The position numbers and the translations under genes are program-made. A model generated the notes under the pieces. That model was given only the letters and a program-made list of their open reading frames with translations. It did not search any database and was not told where the DNA came from. 64,000 nt of DNA from an uncultured Chthonomonadaceae bacterium (GTDB lineage: Bacteria > Armatimonadota > Chthonomonadetes > Chthonomonadales > Chthonomonadaceae). The number at the start of each line of letters is the position of its first letter. Within the stretch, counting starts at the first letter, position 1. Below, piece by piece: positions 1 through 10,614 of the stretch. The stretch is from NCBI GenBank assembly GCA_963835065.1, contig CAWIEK010000011.1:1-64000 (forward strand), in the 5' to 3' direction.

Positions 1-393
1 ATCTGGCAATCAAAATCGCCGCGAGTGTAGCCAGCATTTTGGCTGCCATTCTGGCGACTTTTACAGACATTTCTTCGCTATTCAGAGCAAGCAGACAAGC
101 ACCGTGATGCGGGGGTTAGATATGGTGCATTGCGAAGAGAAGTCGAGCAATGCATTGCCTTATCAAGCGGCGACCCCCAATTGTTGGCCAACTTCCTTTC
201 CTCTTTTAGGCAGCAGTCAGAGTCAATTGAAAAGGAAGTACCGACGGTTCCGCCTCGGATTTGGGACAAAGCCAAGGGGAAAAGCAGACCAATTGGCATG
301 ACTGGGCAAAACACACAAATTGCAGTTATCCAAACAGGCGTTGCTTCAAAAGAGAATGAAGCCAATTCTTTGTCGCTAAAAGCGGGTTCTTAG
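1..393 (+). CDS. SLATT-like 2TM effector protein, 3' part (5' truncated by window; 1-nt frameshift in T-run at 59-62)
   Basis: Joining frames gives LAIKIAASVASILAAILAT-LQTFLRYSEQADKHRDAGVRYGALRREVEQ, matching my recollection of the SLATT second TM helix and C-terminal helix. Confidence 0.6.
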
Positions 394-1456
394 CGGACAG
401 CATCAACAAATCATACATGTGGCAAATTGTGAATTTCCTCAAGCGTTCCTTCCAAAAATACAGTGCCAGCCTTCGGGAGACGTAGTATCGGCAGAGAGTA
501 TGTAGCATGGACAAATCGCCTAAATACAGTTCGTGGTCAATAGGTCCTGTATCTGTTACCGAAGCTGCAAAGCCCGACGTTGCTAGAAATATTGATCCTG
601 TCACTCCATCTCGAATTGATACCTCAACGAGTTTTTCCACGAGTGTGCGCCCAACTGTCGTTCAGGTTTCCAATGTTTGAGTTCTACATAATAACGGCGG
701 GGTCTTAGGTCACCTGTCCGTCCAGAACAGCGCAACGGTACTACATCCTTCCCGCCATCTTGTGCAGCGTTCGTCAACTCGGCCTGGAAACCAAGTTCTT
801 CATAAACCTGAGCCATGATGCGCTCAAGGTCACGCCATTCCACTCTATAAAGGGATTGTGCATTCTTTGCGATTTGTTCTATCAGTTGTTCGGTTGATTG
901 ACGCAAGATCTGCTCAATGGGATCAAGACTGGTTTCCGCCATGGCATCATTTAGATCAGCCGACAATCTGGCTCTACTAACCAGTTGTGTCCTCTTGATT
1001 GGCCTCGGCCAATTCGGAGTTGAGGAATAGCCAGATTCAGTAGATGTTGAGTGTTGACTTTGGGAAAAAGTCCTTCATTACGGAGGAGAAGTGTGCCATG
1101 AAACTGTACAGTATCCAGTATTTCATAAGCCCCTAAAGTTCCAACATCTGCCCCTGCCGTGCGTGAATTTCTCTGAGCATACCGGTAAATTTGAGAAGTT
1201 GGCGGTGTAACCTGCTCATCCATTCGTAAATCTGAAAAGAGGAGATAACTCTGTAGCGCAGGCATATTGGGTTGAAGTGATCCGAAAAGACTTTCAAGTA
1301 GAGTGTCAGGGGTTTTTGAATATCCAGATCGGCAAATGCGCTCAAGACACTCCCGAAAAGCCTTGTAATCGTCGCCGCAGAAAGCAAAGGTGAAGGCGAC
1401 GCTACTGAAATGGACGACGTGCCGAAATCAACGGGAGCCATATCCTTCTGAGGCAT
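326..1456 (-). pseudogene. Mrr-like restriction endonuclease domain protein, broken into 4 overlapping frames
   Basis: 601..966 has RDLERIMAQVYEELGFQAELT..DGGKDV..YVELKHW (Mrr_cat PD-(D/E)xK pattern), continued by 326..640 (GSIFLATSGF); upstream fragments 951..1265 and 1133..1456 joined by inference; low GC. Confidence 0.65.
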
Positions 1457-1993
1457 CTCAAACTTTTAGAGTCGTATAACAATTTCCATATTGACGATGA
1501 TTAACTAGCAATTTAGAATTCATGCTCCGGCAATCAATGGTGAAGCTGGAAACACTGCTCGTGGAAGTCTTCGATTAAATCGTTGCAATTCCCTCCCTTA
1601 CGATCTTTACCATTCGGCAAATCCCGATTTTCCTGCTCGGCTTAGCTCCTTGGCAATTGTCTCAATAACGGGGTATTCCGAGACAATCGTAATCTCGAAT
1701 TAACCCTCTTAGTTATTGTAGCCGCCCGTCTCACAAACGAACGTTTGCGAGACTAAGCGGCCATGCGGAGTAACTTCGTAGTTTTTTGCAACCCGTGCTA
1801 GGCCGTGAACGACCTGTCTATGTGGTCTGCGACCAACCGTTCTACACCGGAAATTCTACGAACTTACTCTGTGCGGATGCTTAGACGCCCAGGACCGGCG
1901 CATTTAAAATGCTCAACGCCTATCTTATCGTGGGGCATTTGCCACTGTGCTGCGCCTACTCCCTCTTGGTTTACAGAGCGAGAAGAACGCGCA

Positions 1994-2070
1994 AAAAAGT
2001 AGAAAAATATCTACATAAGCAGCAGGAACAAACGAACCTTTTCTGTATCTACCTCGTCTAAGTAGATACA
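1994..2070. promoter_or_regulatory. Palindromic boxes GTAGA-N6-TCTAC (1999-2014) and TGTATCTAC-N9-GTAGATACA (2044-2070)
   Basis: Direct inspection; first box recurs at 28807-28822. Confidence 0.45.
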
Positions 2071-2171
2071 CATGTCTACTTAATAGAGACTGCTAACTAG
2101 CCAGGTGGCGGGCCGTTGCAAGTTCGGAGGTCCTCTCAACAAAGAACTATCCCCTTGCAACAATCTAACCT

Positions 2172-2320
2172 GGAAGGGAGGTGCTGGAAGATGCTTCGTC
2201 ACTCTCCCCGTTCGCCTTGACGCTTACGAGGTCACGACGCCTCTCTTCTTACAATTTGACACAACGAGACATCGGGCTGGAAGCGCTGCATTGCCAAGAT
2301 TTCGACGCTGCCTCTACATA
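2172..2320 (+). repeat. Dispersed ~150-bp conserved element, copy 1 (candidate ncRNA or mobile-element end)
   Basis: Near-identical to 28884-29029 and to the reverse complement of 63920-64000. Confidence 0.85.
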
Positions 2321-2393
2321 CACATTTTCTTTTTCCGTTTAGAGGCCCCGGCCCTGCTGCCCGCCCGCCCCAAGCTCACTCCAACCTCTTGCG

Positions 2394-3051
2394 TCAGATC
2401 GCTGGTGTGCGTTTGAACGAAACTGTCAGGCCATCCATGCCGTGCTGTCGCAGGATCGGGATCACGATGGTTGTCAGTTCCGGGCATTGCGCCACCGCAG
2501 CGTTATAGCGTTTCGTGCCGCTCTCCTCCTGCGTCAGCACAGCGTCCGGCAGCGTGTTATCGCCGAGCAACAGGCCGCCCTCGCGCAAAAGCGGCAGAGA
2601 TAGCCGCAGGTACTCCACGTAGCCGCCTTTGTCGGCATCAATAAAGACCAGGTCGAACTGCGGTTCTCCCCGCTGCGGCCAGTTGCCGGAGCGTTTCCGA
2701 GGCGGGACCGACACGGATTTCTACCTTATGCGCGATACCGGCGCGCTCGAAATTCCGGCGCGCGACCTCGGCATGGTGCGGATCGATCTCCAGGGTAATC
2801 AGTTTGCCGTCTTCCGGCAGGGCGCGGGCAAAATGGATTCCGCTGTAGCCGCCGAGCGTTCCAACCTCCAGAATTCGCTTCGCCCCGACCGTGAGTGCGA
2901 GGATCTGAAGCAGTTTGCCTTCCACCGCCGAGACATTGATCTCCGGCATGTTCTCGCGTTCCATTTCCGCGATCGTTTCGCTCAATGCGAGATCCTGCGG
3001 AGCAAACAGAGAGGCGATGTAGTCGTTATATGCTCGTGTATTGAGTTCCAT
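2394..3051 (-). CDS. SAM-dependent O-methyltransferase (caffeoyl-CoA OMT-like), frameshifted near 2670-2700
   Basis: ILEVGTLGGYS and LEIDP in 2638..3051; FDLVFIDADKGGY and LLLGDN in 2394..2714. Confidence 0.85.
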
Positions 3052-3178
3052 ACGGGTGTGTTTACTTTCCCTTCGCCGTACCGAAATATTCGGCGAAGAA
3101 TGTGGATCGCTTTTTCATCAGCATCAGCGTTCTAAAATGCGCTGCCGCGATTAAAACGGCGAACTTCGTTTGGCAATA

Positions 3179-3812
3179 TCAACGGCTTTCTACCCAATGG
3201 ACCTTCTCGGACAGCGGGCGGCGTTCACCGGTAAGCCAGTCGGTTGCGGGCCAGCCGCACATAAAGAAGCCAAGCAAACGTGCAGGCGGTTCCAGTCCCA
3301 GGCCGCGCGCTACAATGGGATGGACGGAAACTGCCTTTCGAGTGCCACATTCCCGCAAGACCCAATGCGGAGGCCATCAGGTGCAGGTTTTGTACTGCGC
3401 ACGCCACCGCTATGATCTCTTCCTCTTCCGACATCACCAGCGAACCGTCTTCCCTGCGCGCCGGAGACATGCCGATGGAAATCCAGACCGGGGCCGCGAA
3501 GGCGCTTTTGCGGGCGCCTTCATGCTCCTGCGCCAGAGGGCTATCGGCCTGCTCTTCGGTATGCGCGGCGGCGAAGAGTTCCGCAAGGGTCTCGCGTCCC
3601 TCTCCCGAAAACACGGTGAAGCGCCACGGTCGGTATCGCCGTGACTTGGCGCCCAATTCGCCGCTTCGAGCATGCGCTCGATCAGCCGCCGATCCACGGG
3701 GTCAGGCTTGAGCCGGGAAAGCCCCATGCTGCGACGGTGCAGGATGGCGGCAAACAGCGCGTCCGCATCCAGAGGCGATGATGTTGTATCGGTGGTGTAT
3801 GGAAAGGGTCAT
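3179..3812 (-). CDS. Nitroreductase family protein, several frameshifts
   Basis: LEAANWAPSHG, VACAVQNLHLMASALGLAGMW and GFFMCGWP motifs across frames; AAGGAG SD before ATG at 3812. Confidence 0.75.
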
Positions 3813-3885
3813 ACTATCTCCTTTCACAAAGAGTTTGGCATTGCCTTGCTGCCTGTCTCGCAGTTCTGAATTCTGTTCGCCACTT

Positions 3886-5153
3886 TCAGCCTGTAACGAC
3901 GCGCTGCACAAACCAGAAGCCCCCTGCCGCAATCACCGCAAGCGAACCCGCCGTCACAAAGCGCTGCGCAATCCGGTCGTTTTTCCGATGCAGCAATGCC
4001 AGCAGGGGCGCGACGGTGAGGACGATGCAAGCCTGCCCGCACTCCACGCCCAGATTAAAGGAAGCCAGCGCCGCGACCAATGCCTGACGGGGCAATTCCA
4101 ACTCTTGCAGCGCGTTGGCAAAGCCGAAGCCGTGAACAAACCCGAACCCGAACGCGAACAGCAGGCGCGTGTCCGGGAGCGATTTTTCGCCCGGCGACTT
4201 CATCCGCTTTGCGTCCGCCTGCTTTTTCCGCATTACCATACTGTGTACGCCGACAAAAACGATGCTGAGGGCAATCGTCGGTTCGATGATGCGGGCGGGC
4301 GGATTGAGAATGTTCAGCGTTGCCAGGCAGAGCGTGACGCTGTGCGCGACCGTGAAAGCCGTCACGATTTTAAGCAACTGCTTCAACGTTCCGCCGAGCA
4401 GCAGCAGGCCGACAATGAACAGGATGTGATCCGGTGCCGGTGAAGATATGCCACACGCCCTGAATCAGAAACTGCCGGACAACCGAGCCGACACTCTGGC
4501 GGCTGCCGCTGAACATAGTCCTGCTGCCAATTCTGGCTGTCGAAGATCATTTCCCGCTTCAATGCCTGCTCCTCGTAAACGTCCACATACGTTTGATGGG
4601 ACGGATCGTAAGGGAAAAGCCGACATTCGATATGAAGATTGGCGGGCGGTTCCTGCCAGGCATAGCGCAGCCTTAGCTTCACATCTTTCTGGTCCAGGAT
4701 GGGCGCAATGCCTTCCACGCTCGGCGTCAGGGTCTTTCCTGAAGCCTGGAGCGTCAGGCGCGAAGTGAGAAGCGCCACAACCTCCTGCTGATGTGCCTGA
4801 AGCGCGCTGGGGGCCAGAAGCATCGTTACGGAAAGCTGGGGCAGATCATGCGCCAAATCCACTGCAGGAACTTCCACGCTCACTTCCAACCCGTCACGAT
4901 TAAGGCGCAAATCTACGTAACTCAGGGGCAGCGGGTGCGCCTGGGCGGGCACGGCCATCAGGAGCAGCGCAAACAGGAGCAGCCCCTGCAGTATGCTGTA
5001 GCCTCGGAGCGCCGGTGTTTCTGATTTCACACGTTCCTGCCTTTCAGCGACAAAATTTTTCACCACCAAGACGCCAAGAACACCAAGAGAAAACAGGCAA
5101 CTAAAAAGGAATAGAGGCGAAGACAGTTTCGTTCTCTCCTGCGATTTCACCAT
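3886..5153 (-). CDS. HupE/UreJ-family membrane protein, frameshifted near 4430-4500; true start probably downstream of 5153
   Basis: Signal peptide AVPAQAH; VTAFTVAHSVTL, FGFVHGFGFA and FNLGVE motifs. Confidence 0.8.
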
Positions 5154-5204
5154 ACCTTTTGTTCTTCTCGTTCTGCTTGGTGTTCTTAGCGTCTTGGTGG
5201 TGAA
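5059..5204. repeat. Inverted repeat element CACCACCAAG-ACGCCAAG-AACACCAAG / CTTGGTGGTG, copy 1
   Basis: Arms 5059-5090 and ~5176-5204; about 50 nt shared with the copy at 9185-9307. Confidence 0.8.
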
Positions 5205-5920
5205 AAATCACCCGGCGACGCCGTTTGTGTTGACGGGTGTGTCACGGTTAGAGCCGCTCTGGTACGCCGTCGCCACAGCCATGCGAGTGGCGCGGCCAGA
5301 AGAAGCAAGGCCGCGGCCGGCCATGCCGAATTATTTGGCCGCTCGCCAGAAGACAGGCGGCTTGCAGGAACGTCGGCCTGCGTGTAATCCAGTTCATAGC
5401 GCGACTGTTGGTAATTGCGTTTTTGCCCTGTAACCTGAATGTTCGGGTCGTGGGGAACCAGGCAATTGACAAGATAGACCGCAATCCGGCTTTGGTGATG
5501 GTTCTCGAAAATGAGTTTCCGATTGTGGCCGCCGCGAGGAACCTCCGCCGTGAAGTTAAGTTCAATGTCGCCGCGTCCTGCTTTCATCTCCAGGGTTGGC
5601 GGAAATTTCCACGAGGCCAGCCGGAGCGGTAAACGATTGCTATCTATCGCAAGCGACATATCGCGCAGCGCCCGCTCCGCGTAAGCCTGCTGCTCTGCTG
5701 CTGAGAGAACGCCGTCGCCATTGGTATCCATACTTGCGAACACGCCGGGAAACACGGCAACGCCCGGTGTCAGGCGCATTTGCGCCTGAACATGGTCTTG
5801 CTCTATGGAAATCGTTGTGGCCTGCAGATACTCATCCAGCCTATGCGCGGAAGCAGGCGTTCCGAGCGCCGCAAAAATTGCCAGGAAAATCGCGCAGGCG
5901 GCAGCCGGCCTCGTGTTCAT
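5186..5920 (-). CDS. Exported protein with C-terminal membrane anchor (AHRLDEYLQAT type)
   Basis: Signal peptide ending PASAH, C-terminal hydrophobic helix followed by RRR. Confidence 0.6.
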   Translation of the reverse strand: MNTRPAAACAIFLAIFAALGTPASAHRLDEYLQATTISIEQDHVQAQMRLTPGVAVFPGVFASMDTNGDGVLSAAEQQAYAERALRDMSLAIDSNRLPLRLASWKFPPTLEMKAGRGDIELNFTAEVPRGGHNRKLIFENHHQSRIAVYLVNCLVPHDPNIQVTGQKRNYQQSRYELDYTQADVPASRLSSGERPNNSAWPAAALLLLAAPLAWLWRRRTRAALTVTHPSTQTASPGDFSPPRR

Positions 5921-5927
5921 TTTGTCG

Positions 5928-7340
5928 TCAGCCCCCGTCCGTAGTCATTGGTCGGATCGCGGTACATGGTGTGAATATGATTGGAGGGATCGCCGCCCAA
6001 CCCTGGGGCGCGTACTCAATGACAAGATGCGGCCCCTGAATCCGGTAGTAGGCCGTAATGTTGCGTCCGGTCTGCACGGTTGTCGGGCCGCTCCAGGCGA
6101 ACCAGGTGGCGTTGAGGTCGGCTTTCATCTCTGCCATGCGGGCTGTGGCTGCGCTTTCGTGAACAATGCCCGTCCACTCCCCGATGACATCGAGCAGCAT
6201 GGCGCGTTGTTTTTCATTCATCGCGGACGCCTTCAGGCCTTCGGGCACAATCGTTTTGCCGTCCTGTCCTGGGCCGAGGACAAGATCGCCGACGCGGTAG
6301 TTCAGAATCGCTTGTTTGCGCTGCGTCTCGTCCAGGGCGTTGAGCAGGGCAATCGCTTTGTCGCTTTCCTGACCGAGCGGGCGGATTGTTTTGCCCCCTG
6401 CCGTGTAAAGCCCGGGCTGCGCGCCCGTCAGCGTTGGCGTGAGAATGTCCTGTTCGCCTACGATGGTGATATTGAGGGCGAGATGATGCCCGCCAAATTG
6501 CAGCATCCAGGGGGCAGTTTCGGAGGGCGTTCCCAGGAAGGAAAAGTAATACAGGTCTTTACCGAACATAGCCCCGCCGCCCGGACGCGGGCCACCTCCG
6601 CGTCCTCGTCCCGGTCCACCTGGCCCTCCCCCGCCTCCCGGAGGTGGGCCATTCCCATCCTGTGGGCCGCCTGGCCCTCTTCCCCCGCCACCGAACGGCG
6701 GACCATTCCCGTCCTGCGGGCCTCCCGGTCCTCTTCCCCCGCCGCCGCCAGGAGGCGGGCCACCCCTGTCGTCCTTCTTAAGAGCCTCGTCGGCGTCCAT
6801 GATCTGCTGAACCTTTTCGTATCCCCGTCGGCTGAGGACAGACGAAAGCAGCGCGAGCGCGGAGGAACGCTGGGCCGGGCTGAGGTCTCCCAACTTTACG
6901 CCCGACCGAGGCACGAACCCCGTGGGGAAATTGGACCAGCGCGCCCGTTGCGCGGCGTCGTCAAAAGCGAACAGCACACTTTTGCGCTGCTGCGGAGACA
7001 GAGTGGCAAGGAACGCATTGGCGGCCTTGACGATCTTAGCGGTGGACGCCTGCGGCGCGGGTGTCGTTTGCAATCCGGCGGCCTTCCTGTTTCGCAGGGC
7101 TGCGGTCTGCGCTTTGGGAGCGTTCAGGGACAGACACACTAAGGCCGACGCGCCCATTAAGGCCAATGCGAAAGCGCCGCGAATTCTTCTCATCAACAAG
7201 ACATTCATCTTTGCTGTTCCTATTCCGCCGCGCTGAGGCGGCTGTCTGTACAGGAGTATGATTTTGCGGGTTCGTTTCCCGGAAAAAGAGGCCGCAGGGT
7301 GTGAGATGGGGATTCGCCTTTGAACGGACAACACAGGCAT
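5928..7340 (-). CDS. DUF3500-family exported protein with Gly/Pro-rich insert; start probably ~7207; C-terminal frameshift
   Basis: RARWSNFP, WMLQFGGHHLALN, YYRIQGPHLVIEY; NHIHTMYRDPTNDYG in a shifted frame. Confidence 0.75.
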   Translation of the reverse strand: MPVLSVQRRIPISHPAASFSGKRTRKIILLYRQPPQRGGIGTAKMNVLLMRRIRGAFALALMGASALVCLSLNAPKAQTAALRNRKAAGLQTTPAPQASTAKIVKAANAFLATLSPQQRKSVLFAFDDAAQRARWSNFPTGFVPRSGVKLGDLSPAQRSSALALLSSVLSRRGYEKVQQIMDADEALKKDDRGGPPPGGGGGRGPGGPQDGNGPPFGGGGRGPGGPQDGNGPPPGGGGGPGGPGRGRGGGPRPGGGAMFGKDLYYFSFLGTPSETAPWMLQFGGHHLALNITIVGEQDILTPTLTGAQPGLYTAGGKTIRPLGQESDKAIALLNALDETQRKQAILNYRVGDLVLGPGQDGKTIVPEGLKASAMNEKQRAMLLDVIGEWTGIVHESAATARMAEMKADLNATWFAWSGPTTVQTGRNITAYYRIQGPHLVIEYAPQGWAAIPPIIFTPCTAIRPMTTDGG

Positions 7341-7507
7341 TGTACCGGATAAAGATAAAATTCAGATAAAAATGGAGGTTTCTGTTGGTCCATATTACTA
7401 CAAGGGATAACTTGATTTTCAAGAAAATTATGCGGCGCGGGTGAAGTAAACGACGGAAAAGCGTAGGTTTCTGAATACGGGCAATATACGACAGAAAAGG
7501 AGAGAAC

Positions 7508-9127
7508 GTGGACTACGATGTTCTGATTGTGCGCGGGCGCGTGATAGATGGCACGGGCAACCCGTGGGTTTACGCCGATGTTGCTTTGCGAAATGACCGT
7601 ATCGTTCGCATTGCGCCCTGTGGCCTGCTTGACCGCAATTCCGCGCGGGAAGTGGCAGATGCGGCGGGCATGGTTGTTTGCCCCGGCTTTATTGATATTC
7701 AGAGCCATTCCATCGGCCCCTTTATGTCGGACCGGTGTTCGCTGTCCAAAGTGACGCAGGGCGTCACGACAGAAATCATGGGCGAATTATGGACGCCCGC
7801 GCCGTTCGGGGGCAGGCGTCACTCCGCTTTTGCCGACATTGGCGCGACCCCGGAGGCGGAAGCGCTCGGCAAAGGCTGGACGCGCTTTGGAGACTGGCTG
7901 GCCTATCTGGAAACGCAGGGCGTTGCCGTGAATTTCGGATCCTTTGTGGGCGGGGCGACGGTGCGCGAGTATGCCAAAGGCTGGGACAGCGGCGACCCGA
8001 CAACCGAAGAATTGGACATTATGCGGCGGGTGACAACCGAAGCGATGGAGGACGGCGCTTTTGGCATTGCCACCGCGCTGATCTATCCACCGAACGCCTA
8101 CTCGCCGGACTGCGAACTGATCGAAATGGCGCGCGTGGTCGGCGAACAGGGCGGGCTGTACATCACGCACATCCGTTCCGAAGGCGATGAACTGCTGGAA
8201 AGCATTGACGATACCATTCATCTGGCCCGCGAGTCGAAAGCGCCCGTTGAAATCTACCACCTCAAAGCCACCGGCCCGCACAACTGGCCGAAAATCCCGC
8301 AGGTAATCGCCCGCATCAACGCGGCGCGAGGGGAAGGCATTGACATTGCCGCAGATATGTACCCGTATCCGGCAAGCGGCACGGGGCTGGATACGCTTGT
8401 TCCCTACTGGGTTTTTGAGGGCGATCAGTTCTTTGCCAATCTGCGCGATCCTCTCGTAAGGGCGCGTATCCGGCGGGAAATGGAAGCGGGCGAACTGGAC
8501 GCGCTCAATCAGGGGCGGGGCCGTACCCCGGAAATGATCATGCCCGTCGGATTCCACAAACCTGAAAACCAGCGTTATAAAGGGAAGCGACTGAGCGAAA
8601 TCGCGCTCATGCGCGGTCAGGACAGCCTGGAAGCGGCGTTGGATTTGCTCGTGTCCGAAGAGCAGGAGATCGGAACCATCTTCTTTTCGATGAGCGAAGA
8701 CAACGTGCGCCTGCAATTGCAGCAGCCCTGGATCAAGATCAGCAGTGACGCCGGGGGATTGGACCCCGCGAACTGCGCGACGCCCACGCATCCCCGCGCT
8801 TATGGAACCTTTACGCGGGTATTGGGCCACTATGCGCGCGACGAGGCTGCGCTGTCGCTGGAAGAAGCGATCCGCAAGATGAGTTCGGCAGTGGCGAACA
8901 GCCTGGGATTGTGGGAGCGGGGCATTTTGCGCCCGCAGGCGTATGCCGATGTGGTCATTTTCGATCCTGAAGCCGTCAGCGATAGGGCTACGTTTGCGGA
9001 CCCGCATCAGCTTTCCGTCGGTATTCGGGATGTGTGGGTCAACGGACGGCGCGTGCTGCAGGAGGGGCAGCATACGGGGCAACTGCCGGGACGCGCGCTG
9101 TACGGGGCGGGGAAAAAGGCAACATGA
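7508..9127 (+). CDS. N-acyl-D-amino-acid deacylase (amidohydrolase_3 family)
   Basis: PGFIDIQSHS, THIRSEG, YHLK, HPRAYGTF and ADVVIFDP motifs. Confidence 0.85.
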   Translation: MDYDVLIVRGRVIDGTGNPWVYADVALRNDRIVRIAPCGLLDRNSAREVADAAGMVVCPGFIDIQSHSIGPFMSDRCSLSKVTQGVTTEIMGELWTPAPFGGRRHSAFADIGATPEAEALGKGWTRFGDWLAYLETQGVAVNFGSFVGGATVREYAKGWDSGDPTTEELDIMRRVTTEAMEDGAFGIATALIYPPNAYSPDCELIEMARVVGEQGGLYITHIRSEGDELLESIDDTIHLARESKAPVEIYHLKATGPHNWPKIPQVIARINAARGEGIDIAADMYPYPASGTGLDTLVPYWVFEGDQFFANLRDPLVRARIRREMEAGELDALNQGRGRTPEMIMPVGFHKPENQRYKGKRLSEIALMRGQDSLEAALDLLVSEEQEIGTIFFSMSEDNVRLQLQQPWIKISSDAGGLDPANCATPTHPRAYGTFTRVLGHYARDEAALSLEEAIRKMSSAVANSLGLWERGILRPQAYADVVIFDPEAVSDRATFADPHQLSVGIRDVWVNGRRVLQEGQHTGQLPGRALYGAGKKAT

Positions 9128-9184
9128 CGCGGGGCAAAACTTCGCGTCCAATGTAAAATCGCTGCGCTATCTGAGATATGTTGT

Positions 9185-9307
9185 AACTCTTCACCACCAA
9201 GACGCCAAGAACACCAAGAGAGAACAGGCCACTAAGAAGGTAGAGAACCGGAGGCGTCTTTGTTCTCGTGCTGCTTGATGTTCTTAGTGCCTTGGTGGTG
9301 AAGAGTT
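9185..9307. repeat. Inverted repeat element, copy 2 of the 5059 family
   Basis: AACTCTTCACCACCAAG ... CTTGGTGGTGAAGAGTT arms. Confidence 0.8.
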
Positions 9308-9330
9308 TATTAATGATGGGGAGAAACCGG

Positions 9331-10317
9331 ATGGAATACGTAAATTTGGGCAAGACGGGCCTGAAAGTGTCGCGCCTGTGCCTGGGGTGCATGACTTATG
9401 GGGCGCCGGAAAAAGGCTCGCACCCCTGGGCGCTGAATGAAGAGCAGAGCCGTCCCTTTTATGCGCGCGCTCTGGAACTTGGCATCAACTTCTTCGATAC
9501 CGCCAACGTCTACTCCGGCGGCGTCAGCGAGGAGATACTGGGCCGCGCCATACGCGACCTCGCCCGCCGCGAGGAAGTGGTGATTGCGACCAAACTGTTC
9601 AACCCCATGCGCGAGGACCCCAATGGCCGGGGCCTGTCCCGCAAGGCTATCTTTACCGAAATAGACGCCAGCCTGAAACGGCTGAACATGGACTACGTAG
9701 ACTTGTACCAGACCCATCGGTGGGACTACAACACGCCGATTGAGGAGACGCTGGAAGCCCTGCATGATGTGGTCAAATCGGGTAAAGTACGCTACATCGG
9801 CGCGTCTTCCATGTTCGCCTGGCAGTTCTGCAAAGCGCTGTACCTGGCAGATTTGCACGGCTGGACACGCTTTGTTACCATGCAAAACCACTACAATCTC
9901 CTCAACCGCGAAGAAGAGCGCGAGATGCTGGGGCTGTGCCTGGATCAGGGCGTCGGCGTTTTGCCCTGGAGTCCGCTGGCGCGGGGGCGTCTGGCGCGGG
10001 CGTGGGAAGACGAGCCGAGTACGAAACGCGCCGAAACCGATAAGTTCGGCACGGTGTTATACGGCAGCACGGAGGCCGCAGATCGTCAGGTCGTGGAGCG
10101 GGTTGGCGAGATTGCGCGGGCGCGGGGTGTGCCGATGGCGCAGGTGGCGCTGGCGTGGATGCTGTCCAAGCCGGTCATTACCTCGCCGATTGTGGGCGCG
10201 TCCAAGCCGCATCATCTGGAAGATGCAGTCGGCGCATTGTCGCTGACGCTGACAACAGGGGAAATCACACGTCTGGAAGAGCCGTATGTGCCTCATGCCG
10301 TCGCCGGCTTCTCCTAA
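9331..10317 (+). CDS. Aldo/keto reductase
   Basis: LGKTGLKVSRLCLGCM, FFDTANVY, SLKRLNMDYVDLYQTH and PWSPLARG motifs. Confidence 0.92.
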   Translation: MEYVNLGKTGLKVSRLCLGCMTYGAPEKGSHPWALNEEQSRPFYARALELGINFFDTANVYSGGVSEEILGRAIRDLARREEVVIATKLFNPMREDPNGRGLSRKAIFTEIDASLKRLNMDYVDLYQTHRWDYNTPIEETLEALHDVVKSGKVRYIGASSMFAWQFCKALYLADLHGWTRFVTMQNHYNLLNREEEREMLGLCLDQGVGVLPWSPLARGRLARAWEDEPSTKRAETDKFGTVLYGSTEAADRQVVERVGEIARARGVPMAQVALAWMLSKPVITSPIVGASKPHHLEDAVGALSLTLTTGEITRLEEPYVPHAVAGFS

Positions 10318-10614
10318 TTGGAGTTGCAAGCCGCCATGCAGTGGGATAGATATAGAGAAAAGTTCCCTCTGCTGCGTGAACGCAACCTATTACGTAAGCA
10401 GGGCTGAATATCGGGTAGAATATGTGAGAGAGGGGCCACCTGTTTCGTTTCGCGCAGCCTGCGACGCGCTCCCCGCCCTGTGCCGGCCCGTTCCGCCGCC
10501 GCGAACCGTTGGCGAGATGCGCCTGCAATCGGCTGTGACCGCGAATTTCGCTGTTCGTCATGACAGCCTTCCCCTCTCCGAACCCTTCCTGATTTTTGCG
10601 CGGAGGCGGGCGCA

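Noticed and set aside
1721..1761. Hairpin as an integron attC site
   Set aside because: Lacks RYYYAAC/GTTRRRY ends, single copy, no integrase.
2105..2416. 103-aa ORF over element copy 1
   Set aside because: Frame is not conserved in the other copies and shows no protein motif.
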